A DNA stretch of 64,000 nucleotides, taken from the NCBI GenBank assembly GCA_016720465.1, contig JADKKO010000004.1, positions 1,569,394 to 1,633,393 of the forward strand, read 5' to 3'. The stretch's first letter is position 1, and the number at the start of each line of letters is the position of its first letter. Both the position numbers and the translations under genes were made by a program. This document shows, one piece after another, positions 36,661-44,657 of this stretch. The DNA is from Holophagaceae bacterium (GTDB taxonomy: Bacteria; Acidobacteriota; Holophagae; Holophagales; Holophagaceae). The notes under the pieces were generated by a model that did no database searches, was not told where the DNA came from, and worked only from the letters and a program-made list of their open reading frames with translations.

Positions 36661-37746
36661 TCAGGGGAAAAATGGCACGGTAGAGGCTACGTCGAGGCCG
36701 AAGCCTCGGAGCCCAATGTACTTGGTTTCGTGCCGGCTGAGGAGCCGCATTTCACGGATGCCCAACTGGCGCAGAATTTGGGCCCCCACTCCCACATCGC
36801 GATCGCTCGGTCCCACGGTCGCCTTGGCCGGCGATTCGCCCTGGACTCCCTGGGTCGATGCGTGGCGCCGGAGGTAGACGAGGACCCCGCGGCCCTCGGC
36901 CTGGATGGCCTTCATGGCGGCCTGGAAGGCGCAGGAGCCTTCCGCGGCGAATCCATGGAGGTCCTCCGGCAGCGATTCAAGGTGGACCCGCACCAGGGGT
37001 GGCGGGCCGGACAGGTCCCCCATGGAGAAAGCCAGGTGGCTGCCGCCGTCCAGAAGGCTGGCGAACTTGTGGATCCGCAAGGGGCCCCAGGCGGTGGTGG
37101 ATTCACGGACTTCCAGCTCCTTGACGATCGGATCGATGCGCAGCCGGTAGGCCACCAGGTCTGCGACGGTCACCATGAGCAGGCCGTGCTTCCCGCAAAA
37201 GGGGATGAGATCCGGCACCCGGGCCATGGTGCCGTCGTCCTTCATGATTTCGCAGATGACGCCGCTCGGGTGGAGGCCCGCCATCCGCGCCAAATCCACA
37301 GAAGCCTCGGTCTGGCCTGTCCGGGTGAGCACGCCGCCAGGCCGCGCCCGGAGCGGAAACACATGGCCGGGTTTCACGAAATCCGAAGCCTTGGCTTCTG
37401 GCGCGATGAGCGCCTGGATGGTGAGGGCACGGTCCTGGGCGCTGATCCCGGTGCTGGTGCCGAGGCGGGCTTCGACCGAGACGCAGAAGGCCGTTTCGAA
37501 AGGGCTCGTGTTGTCCCGCACCATCAGCGGGATGTGCAGGCGGTCCAGGGTTTCGCCTTCGAGGGCCGCGCAGATCAGCCCCCGGCCGTGGGTGGCCATG
37601 AAGGCGATGGCTTCCGGGCTCACATGCTCCGCGGCGAGGGTCAGGTCGCCCTCGTTCTCCCGGTCCTCGTCATCCACGACGACCACCATCCGGCCCTGGC
37701 GGATTTCAGCGATGGCCTCCTCGATCGGGGCGAATGGACCGTTCAT
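36661..37746 (-). CDS. ribB: 3,4-dihydroxy-2-butanone-4-phosphate synthase fused to a degenerate GTP cyclohydrolase II-like domain (RibBX-type)
   Basis: The RibB motifs are intact (VVVVDDEDRENEGDL, HGRGLIC). In the C-terminal domain RVHLESLPED and GSCAFQ replace RVHSECLTGD and CDCG, so the zinc cysteines are missing and the segment is shortened. Confidence 0.85.
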   Translation of the reverse strand: MNGPFAPIEEAIAEIRQGRMVVVVDDEDRENEGDLTLAAEHVSPEAIAFMATHGRGLICAALEGETLDRLHIPLMVRDNTSPFETAFCVSVEARLGTSTGISAQDRALTIQALIAPEAKASDFVKPGHVFPLRARPGGVLTRTGQTEASVDLARMAGLHPSGVICEIMKDDGTMARVPDLIPFCGKHGLLMVTVADLVAYRLRIDPIVKELEVRESTTAWGPLRIHKFASLLDGGSHLAFSMGDLSGPPPLVRVHLESLPEDLHGFAAEGSCAFQAAMKAIQAEGRGVLVYLRRHASTQGVQGESPAKATVGPSDRDVGVGAQILRQLGIREMRLLSRHETKYIGLRGFGLDVASTVPFFP

Positions 37747-37861
37747 GGGTGCCTCGGTTCTGAAAGAATTTCGACGGTTGGGAGAGGTTGGGCTTGCTGT
37801 CAGGGCTCATGTTAGGATTCTAGGACACAGCGATCATCTGAATCTTGAGAGGAATACTCTA

Positions 37862-38902
37862 ATGTCCCAGGGTCTCATCCAAGGGTCCATGCGCGAAGCA
37901 CCATTGCCTGACATCATCCAGTTGGTGAGTCAGGGTTCGAAGACTGGTTGTTTCAACGTGGTGGACGATTCGCGCCGCGCCAAGATCTACCTCAAGGACG
38001 GCCGCATCATCCATGCGGTGAGCAGCACGACCGAAGGGCTCGACGCCTTCTACGAAGTGGCGCTCTGGTTGGATGGCAGCTACACCTTCGAAGAAGGCGA
38101 CCAGAACATTTCGCCCACCATCACCAAGCCCAACGCATCGATCCTGATGGAAATGGGCCGCCGCATGGACGAATGGCGGGTCATCAGCCAGAAGATCACA
38201 TCCCTGGATCTCTATCCCATCTCGATGCTCCTTCCGGGGGAGACGCCGACGGGCGTGAATCCTAGGGAAGCCAAGCTCCTGGGCATCGTCACGGGCTGGT
38301 ATTCCGTGGCGGAGCTGGCCGAGGTGACCCAGAAACCCGTCCTCACCGTGGCCAAGGATCTCTACGGCCTGGCCATGGCAGGGCACATCACGCTGAAGGG
38401 CGTCCGGTCCGGTAAACGGCCCGTCATCGATGTGCCCAATGCCCCTGCCGCTCAACCGGAGCCCGCGGCCGAACCGGTCCAAGCTTCAAGCGAACCCCCG
38501 AAACAAGAAGCGCCCCAAGGTTTCCCGCTCGCCGAGGATTCAGGCGCTTTCCCAAGCGCCATCGCGTCGGGCCCGATTTCCACGCCCCCCCCCGTTTCCG
38601 CTGCTCCTACCCATCACATCACCGTGCCGGCTCCCCCCATGGACCCGGTCCGGATGGCCAAATACACGGCCTTCACGCAGCGCATATCGGTCACCGCCAA
38701 ACAGGTATTGCCGGTAGAACACCATGAGATGGTGAACCGCCTCCAAGCCAAGGCCACCCAGTCCCTTCTCAGCGGCGGCGGCCCCGATGCCGTCAAGGAG
38801 ATGGCCCTCGGCGTTTCACGCTCCGCGGTGGATGCTGGAGCGGACGCGGAACTTGTGAAGTCCTTGAATGCACAATTGAAGGCGCTCTTCTCGAGCAAAT
38901 AA
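37862..38902 (+). CDS. DUF4388 (PatA-N-like) domain protein with Pro-rich linker
   Basis: Met230 of ORF 37175-38902. IQGSMREAPLPDIIQLVSQGSKTGCFNV...IYLKDGRIIHA...GLDAFYEVALWLDGSYTFEEG matches the DUF4388 signature. Confidence 0.8.
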   Translation: MSQGLIQGSMREAPLPDIIQLVSQGSKTGCFNVVDDSRRAKIYLKDGRIIHAVSSTTEGLDAFYEVALWLDGSYTFEEGDQNISPTITKPNASILMEMGRRMDEWRVISQKITSLDLYPISMLLPGETPTGVNPREAKLLGIVTGWYSVAELAEVTQKPVLTVAKDLYGLAMAGHITLKGVRSGKRPVIDVPNAPAAQPEPAAEPVQASSEPPKQEAPQGFPLAEDSGAFPSAIASGPISTPPPVSAAPTHHITVPAPPMDPVRMAKYTAFTQRISVTAKQVLPVEHHEMVNRLQAKATQSLLSGGGPDAVKEMALGVSRSAVDAGADAELVKSLNAQLKALFSSK

Positions 38903-38913
38903 AAGGAACCCTT

Positions 38914-40014
38914 ATGCGCCACCGTGGATTATTGGGCCTCGCCGGGGCTCTGCTGGCTATTGTATTCCTGGGACTGGCCTGCGTGGACGTGCCCGGCGGC
39001 GGAACCACCGGCGGTACGGTGCTCTACGCCTACGACAACAATGCGCACCAGCTCATCGCATGGGACGCCAGCGCTTTCTACGAGAGCGACAGTCCCACCA
39101 CGCTGAAGGTCGTGGGCAGCAGCGTCTTCGAGAACAAGATCGGAAATCTGTCCTGGGGCGGCCTCTGCATCGATTCCAGCAAGAACCAGCTCTACCTCGT
39201 GAACGAGGCCACCGGAGATGTGGTGCGGGTGAGCAATATCCGCAACCTGAGCGGCACGATCTCTTCCTCCAACACCCAATACGTCGCCAGCTTCGCCCTG
39301 GGGTCCAGCAGCGACCGGCTGCCCTCGGGGAAATTCGGCCAGACGGCCGTGGACTCGGCCACGGGGACCTTATACGTCACAGAGAAGAACGAAAGCGACA
39401 CGCGCATCTGGGTGGTGTCCGGCGCCGGCACAATCCCGGAAGGGGCCACGGTGCAGCCGAGCTCCATCGTGGTTTCCGGCGATCGTGAGTGCACGGGCAT
39501 CGCCGCCGGAGGCGGCGGCCAGGTCTTCGCCTACTTCAATTCCGGCAACGCCATCGGCATCGTCGACCAGATCAATGGCCCGAGGCTGAGGAAAGGCACT
39601 GCCGGCGGGTTCACGAAGGACACTTCGGTGCTCGTGGGCACGAACACCACGCTGGGGAAATACGGAGCCCTGGCTCTGGACACAGGAAACAACCTGCTCT
39701 TCGTGGCCCGGCACAATGTGGATTCCGCGGCGAGCGGAATTCCGGTCCTGGCCTTCTCCATCGGCAAGTTCAATGGCGGCGGATACAACCAGGGGCCGGA
39801 TTTCTCCCTGGGGACCGCCGCGGACCAGGGCAGCATCAGGGTTCTGGCGCACCCAGGCAACAAGGAATGGCTGGCCGCCCTGAATGCCACCGGCGAGGCG
39901 CCCGCCAACGTGATCCACATCTGGAAGCTTCCGCGCGATAGCGCCTCGACCGTGAAGATCAAGAACATCACCTCGGCGCTCTTCAAGGGCATCGCGTTCG
40001 ACGGAAACAATTGA
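38914..40014 (+). CDS. probable lipoprotein, beta-propeller-like
   Basis: Signal peptide ending FLGLAC (PROSITE-type lipobox). Repeated strand motifs (LYLVNEATGDVVRV, LYVTEKNESDTRIWVV, LLFVARHN) suggest a propeller. Starts 12 nt after the DUF4388 stop. Confidence 0.7.
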   Translation: MRHRGLLGLAGALLAIVFLGLACVDVPGGGTTGGTVLYAYDNNAHQLIAWDASAFYESDSPTTLKVVGSSVFENKIGNLSWGGLCIDSSKNQLYLVNEATGDVVRVSNIRNLSGTISSSNTQYVASFALGSSSDRLPSGKFGQTAVDSATGTLYVTEKNESDTRIWVVSGAGTIPEGATVQPSSIVVSGDRECTGIAAGGGGQVFAYFNSGNAIGIVDQINGPRLRKGTAGGFTKDTSVLVGTNTTLGKYGALALDTGNNLLFVARHNVDSAASGIPVLAFSIGKFNGGGYNQGPDFSLGTAADQGSIRVLAHPGNKEWLAALNATGEAPANVIHIWKLPRDSASTVKIKNITSALFKGIAFDGNN

Positions 40015-40943
40015 TGCTGCAATTGCGGCTGCTGGCCCTGCTGTTCCGGGATGTGCTTCGCGACATCCTGCGGCACCGGGGACAGCACGCGCTGGCCGTG
40101 ATCACACTGGCCTCGGGGTTGCTGCTGGCCGGCGGCGGATTGCTGCTGGTGGAGGGGCTGGATCGTTGGGTGGACCGCCTGGAATCCATGGCCAAGATCA
40201 CCATGTACGCCGCTGAAGGCACGCATCTCGACGAAGCGGAAGCGCGCCTCAAACGCGACCCCAGGTTCGTCTCGGTCCGCAGGGTCTCCTCGGCCGAAAA
40301 CACCCGGAGTTTCCTTGCCACCACCCGCGAAGCGGGGCTCATGCTCCAGAGCCTCGGACAGGAGGCGCTGCCCGAAAGCCTCGAATTGACCCTCCGTCCG
40401 GAGCTGCTGCCCGCGAAAAAAGCGATGGCCGTGGGTGAAAGCCTGAAGGAAGTCCCTGGCGCCGGGGATGTCGTGGTGGACCAGGAGCGGCTGGAAGCCA
40501 TGCAGCGCAACGGCCGCGTGCTGCGGAACGCCCTTTCGAGCCTGGGCCTTCTGCTGCTGCTGGCGGCGGGATTCGCCACGGGAAATGTGATCCAGATGAC
40601 AGTCCAAGCGCGCAATGATGAGATTTCCATCATGCGGCTGGTGGGTGCAACCGAAGCATTCATCCGCCGTCCCCTCATCCTCGAAGGAGCGGTGCTTGGC
40701 CTTGCAGGCAGTGGTCTCGCCCTCACGGGGCTCTTCGCGGCCTGGCTTCCTGTTTCCAGGGGCTGGGGCGGCATCTCCCCGTTTCTAGTGAATCTCGCCC
40801 GGGAAGGATTTTTTTCATGGCGCAGCATCCTGGTATTGACCGTCGTGGGGGCCGCCACTGGCGCGGCCGGCGCGGCCTGGGCCTTCCGTGCCACCCAGAA
40901 GGAAGAGCGCCAGATGCAAATCGCCATGGAGCGAACCAGCTAA
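40011..40943 (+). CDS. ftsX: cell-division-type ABC permease FtsX
   Basis: N-terminal TM, FtsX extracytoplasmic domain (ITMYAAEG...VSVRRVSSAE...ALPESLELTL), then three C-terminal TM helices. 4-nt ATGA overlap with the lipoprotein gene. No ftsE is adjacent. Confidence 0.8.
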   Translation: MMLQLRLLALLFRDVLRDILRHRGQHALAVITLASGLLLAGGGLLLVEGLDRWVDRLESMAKITMYAAEGTHLDEAEARLKRDPRFVSVRRVSSAENTRSFLATTREAGLMLQSLGQEALPESLELTLRPELLPAKKAMAVGESLKEVPGAGDVVVDQERLEAMQRNGRVLRNALSSLGLLLLLAAGFATGNVIQMTVQARNDEISIMRLVGATEAFIRRPLILEGAVLGLAGSGLALTGLFAAWLPVSRGWGGISPFLVNLAREGFFSWRSILVLTVVGAATGAAGAAWAFRATQKEERQMQIAMERTS

Positions 40944-40988
40944 GCAGCGCCCACAAGGCCGCCTGCTTTTTCTAAAGAGGGAGCACAC

Positions 40989-43244
40989 ATGATGCGCAAG
41001 CAGGAAGCCCTTGACTACCATTCCCAGGGCCGCCGAGGAAAGATCGAGGTGGTCCCTACCAAACCCACCAGCACCGCGCGGGACCTGGGGCTGGCCTACA
41101 CGCCCGGCGTAGCCGAACCCTGCCTGGAGATCGAGAAGAATCCCGAGGACGCCTACAAGTACACGGCCAAGGGGAACCTGGTGGCGGTCATCTCCAACGG
41201 CACCGCGGTGCTGGGGCTGGGACACATCGGCGCGCTGGCCGGCAAGCCGGTCATGGAGGGGAAAGGCGTCCTGTTCAAGCGTTTCGCGGACATCGACGTG
41301 TTCGATATCGAAGTCAATGAACTGGACACCGAGAAGTTCATCCAGATCGTCAAGGCCCTGGAACCCACCTTCGGGGGCATCAACCTGGAGGACATCAAGG
41401 CGCCGGAGTGCTTTGAAATCGAGAAGCGGCTCAAGGCGGAGATGAACATCCCGGTCTTCCACGACGACCAGCACGGCACCGCGATCATCTGCACCGCGGC
41501 GCTGTTCAATGCCTGCGAGCTGGTGGGGAAGAACCTCGGCGAGCTGAAGGTCGTGTTCAGCGGGGCGGGAGCGGCGGCCATCGCGTGCGCCAACATGATG
41601 ATCGCGGCCGGCGTGAAGCTGGAAAACCTCTGGCTCTGCGACACCAAAGGCCTCGTGTATGAAGGCCGGACGGAAGGGATGAACAAGTACAAGGAGAAGT
41701 TCAAGAAACCCACGGCCGCGCGCAGCCTCGGGGACATCATCCCGGGCGCCGATGTATTCGTGGGCTGCTCCGCCAAAGGCGTGCTGACGCCGGAAATGGT
41801 GCTTTCCATGGCGCCGAACCCCATCGTCTTCGCCATGGCCAACCCGGATCCGGAAATCGACTATCCGACCGCCAAGGCCGTCCGCAGCGACATCATCATG
41901 GCCACCGGCCGCAGCGACTACCCCAATCAGGTGAACAACGTCCTGGGCTTCCCGTTCATCTTCCGGGGCGCCCTGGATTGCCGGGCCACGGAAATTAACG
42001 AGGCCATGAAGCTGGCCGCTGCGAAAGCGCTGGCGGCCCTCGCGAAGGCGGACGTTCCTGAAAGCGTGTCGAAGGCTTACGCCGGGCAGAAGTTCACCTT
42101 CGGCCGCGAATACATCATTCCCAAGCCATTCGATCCCCGCGTGCTGCTCTGGGTCGCCCCGGCCGTGGCCAAGGCCGCCATGGACACCGGTGTGGCCAAG
42201 GCGCCCATTGCCGATTTCACCAAGTACGTCGAACACCTGGAGGGGCTGCAGGGCCGCAGCAAGGACGTGATCCGCACGGTGCTGCACCGCGCCAAGGAAG
42301 ACCCCAAGCGCATCGTCTTCCCCGAAGGCGACCACCCGCAGATCCTGAAGGCCTGCCAGACCATGGTGGATGAAGGCATCTGCATTCCGATCCTGCTCGG
42401 CCACGTGGATAAGATCCGCAGCCTCATCGCGGAGCTGCATCTCGATCTTCGGGATGTGGAAATCCTGGATCCGGAATTGGTGGAGTGGCGGCCGGCCGCC
42501 GTCGAGCTCTATTACGAGCTGCGAAAGCGCAAGGGCGTCACGCGCTTCGAGGCGGACCGGCAGACCATGCGCCGCATCGTCTTCGGCGCCCTGATGTGCC
42601 GCATGGGCCGGGCGGACGGCCTGGTGTCGGGCCTGACCCAGCACTATCCCGAGACCATCCGACCCTGCCTTGAAATCATCGGTCCGAAAGAGGGTGTGCG
42701 GAAAGTCTGCGGTGTCTACACCCTGGTGCTCAAGAACCGCGTGGTCTTCTTCGCGGACACCACCATGAATGTCGAACCCACGGCCGAGGAACTGGCGGAG
42801 ATCGCGATCCTCACCGCGGATCTGGCGCAGAACCGGTTCGGCATCGAACCGCGGGTCGCCATGCTCTCCTACAGCAATTTCGGCAGCGTCACCCATCCCA
42901 TCGCCAAGAAGATGCAGGAGGCCGCCCACCTCGTGCAGATGCAGCGCCCGGACCTCCATTGCGATGGTGAAATGCAGGCCGACACGGCCCTCAGCGCTGA
43001 CATCCTGGCGGAGAACTATCCCTGGGCCGATGTCCAGGGCGGCGCCAACGTGCTCATCTTCCCCGGCCTTTCGAGCGGGAACATCGCCTACAAGCTCATC
43101 CAGCGCCTTGCCGGGGCCGAAGTCATCGGCCCCATCACCTGCGGCATGAAACAGCCGACGAACATCCTGCAGCTGCACAGCGACTTGAATGACATCCTGC
43201 ACCTGACCGCGTTGACCGTGGTGGAGGCGCAGCAGAAGGCTTGA
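40989..43244 (+). CDS. maeB: NADP-dependent malic enzyme with C-terminal phosphotransacetylase-like domain
   Basis: [38 protein letters not shown] and FHDDQHGTA motifs, plus a PTA-like C-terminal half. 751 aa. Confidence 0.95.
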   Translation: MMRKQEALDYHSQGRRGKIEVVPTKPTSTARDLGLAYTPGVAEPCLEIEKNPEDAYKYTAKGNLVAVISNGTAVLGLGHIGALAGKPVMEGKGVLFKRFADIDVFDIEVNELDTEKFIQIVKALEPTFGGINLEDIKAPECFEIEKRLKAEMNIPVFHDDQHGTAIICTAALFNACELVGKNLGELKVVFSGAGAAAIACANMMIAAGVKLENLWLCDTKGLVYEGRTEGMNKYKEKFKKPTAARSLGDIIPGADVFVGCSAKGVLTPEMVLSMAPNPIVFAMANPDPEIDYPTAKAVRSDIIMATGRSDYPNQVNNVLGFPFIFRGALDCRATEINEAMKLAAAKALAALAKADVPESVSKAYAGQKFTFGREYIIPKPFDPRVLLWVAPAVAKAAMDTGVAKAPIADFTKYVEHLEGLQGRSKDVIRTVLHRAKEDPKRIVFPEGDHPQILKACQTMVDEGICIPILLGHVDKIRSLIAELHLDLRDVEILDPELVEWRPAAVELYYELRKRKGVTRFEADRQTMRRIVFGALMCRMGRADGLVSGLTQHYPETIRPCLEIIGPKEGVRKVCGVYTLVLKNRVVFFADTTMNVEPTAEELAEIAILTADLAQNRFGIEPRVAMLSYSNFGSVTHPIAKKMQEAAHLVQMQRPDLHCDGEMQADTALSADILAENYPWADVQGGANVLIFPGLSSGNIAYKLIQRLAGAEVIGPITCGMKQPTNILQLHSDLNDILHLTALTVVEAQQKA

Positions 43245-43283
43245 TCGATCGGGGGCGGTGGGGCGCGAGGGCGCTTCACCGCC

Positions 43284-44078
43284 TCATCCGCGTTCCAGCT
43301 TCTCCATCCATTTCACGAGCTCTGGATCGCTCCCATCGCTGCGGTCCATGGCCGCGCGGAAATCATCCAGGGCCTTCACCGCTTCGCCGCGCCTGAGGTG
43401 GACCAGGCCGCGTTCCTTGTAGGGCAGGCTATCGTCCGGGTCGAGGAGCTGGAGATGGGTGGAAGTCCACAGGGCTTCCTCCCAGGCTCCGGATTTCATG
43501 AAACGCAGATGCAGGTTGCGGACCAGGCGCGTGATGATGGCGCGGTGGGGCGTGGGTTTCAGCATGTCGGGTTTGAAGCTGACCCGGTTCGAAGTCGCCC
43601 GGGCGACCAGGTCCGCGGCCTCCTCTTCGCCGACGGCGCGGCCGCCGTGGAAAGGATCAATGCAGAGCAGTCCTCCGGTTGACCGCAGCCCCGCGAGAAA
43701 ATGGCCAGGCAGCCCGATGCCGACGGCATCCAGGCCCAGGCGCCTGGCCACGTCGATCCAGACGATTGAAAGGGAAATCGGCAGGCCGCGCCGACGCGAG
43801 ATCACCAGGGGCAGCACCGCGTTGCGGGGATCCTCATAGGACTCCCGGTCGCCACGGAGGCCCACGTGGCGGAAGAGATAGTCATTCACCGCGTCCAGGG
43901 CCTCCATCGTGTCCCAGGGCAGGGGCATGCGCCCCGCCAGCCGATCGGCCCAGTGTTCGAGCAGGCCCAGGCACGGGCTCGGATCGGGATCCTCCAGCAG
44001 CGGTGCGACGGCGTGCATGGCTCCTTCCGCCAGCTGTCCGCAGCCTGGATCGCGCAGCAGGAACTCATGGAGAGACAT
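43284..44078 (-). CDS. SirB1/YchA-like transglutaminase-fold plus TPR protein
   Basis: RRRGLPISLSIVWIDVARRLGL...GLPGHFL core, followed by a TPR-like tail. Confidence 0.7.
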   Translation of the reverse strand: MSLHEFLLRDPGCGQLAEGAMHAVAPLLEDPDPSPCLGLLEHWADRLAGRMPLPWDTMEALDAVNDYLFRHVGLRGDRESYEDPRNAVLPLVISRRRGLPISLSIVWIDVARRLGLDAVGIGLPGHFLAGLRSTGGLLCIDPFHGGRAVGEEEAADLVARATSNRVSFKPDMLKPTPHRAIITRLVRNLHLRFMKSGAWEEALWTSTHLQLLDPDDSLPYKERGLVHLRRGEAVKALDDFRAAMDRSDGSDPELVKWMEKLERG

Positions 44079-44084
44079 CCGGAA

Positions 44085-44657
44085 CTACCTGCCGCCGGCG
44101 CGGGCGCGCCAGACCCGGCCCACGATGAAGGCGAGCAGCCCGATGCCCATGGCCCAATACACCAGGGGGGTGAAGCTGCTGGTGGCGGCTTCCACTTTTT
44201 TCTTTTCCTCGGCCTTACGGATGTTCTCTTCGATGGAGAGCTTCTGCCGGATGTCGCGGGCATCCGCGACAGCTTTCTTCTGGGACTCCCGCGTCTTCTC
44301 AAGGTCCTTCACCGTGGGGTCCTGGCCTTCGGGCGCGTTGTCCTGGGTGTCCTGCAGGATGAAAGCCGAGTGGTTCACGGCCTGGAGGCGCGGGCGCCGA
44401 TGGCGGTTGCGGGAGGGTCGACCGGAAGAGGCCGGTTGGAAGCTGCCCTCTTCGGGGACCTGCTCGTGATCGCCGGCGCTGTAGTCCAAGGATTCAGCAA
44501 GATCCTGGATATCCTGGCGCATGCCTTGCATTTCGCGGTGTTGCCGGTTGAGCAGCCCGCCATGGAGCCACAGCAGGCCCACCTGCGCGGCGAGCACCGC
44601 CACCAGGGCCGATTGAATCCAGACAGGCTGCCGGGGGTGTGGCGACTCGTTCATCAT
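44085..44657 (-). CDS. hypothetical bitopic membrane protein with charged coiled-coil region
   Basis: TM helices at both ends (WIQSALVAVLAAQVGLLWL; LVYWAMGIGLLAFIVG) flank a K/E-rich middle region. 4-nt overlap with the upstream phosphatase gene. Confidence 0.55.
   Translation of the reverse strand: MMNESPHPRQPVWIQSALVAVLAAQVGLLWLHGGLLNRQHREMQGMRQDIQDLAESLDYSAGDHEQVPEEGSFQPASSGRPSRNRHRRPRLQAVNHSAFILQDTQDNAPEGQDPTVKDLEKTRESQKKAVADARDIRQKLSIEENIRKAEEKKKVEAATSSFTPLVYWAMGIGLLAFIVGRVWRARAGGR

Noticed and set aside
37747-37861. FMN riboswitch upstream of the ribB-type gene.
   Set aside because: The leader is only 115 nt, and I could not find the conserved FMN-element core segments. Infernal would be needed to exclude a divergent element.
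40815-43202. 795-aa ORF antisense to maeB. Similar long antisense or out-of-frame ORFs include 2659-3945, 15336-16319, 17627-19714, 19693-20901, 44780-46537, 45747-47102 and 49526-51253.
   Set aside because: They sit opposite genes with unmistakable family motifs. Their translations are dominated by Arg/Gly/Pro/Ala/His runs typical of non-coding frames in GC-rich DNA. No motifs are recognisable.
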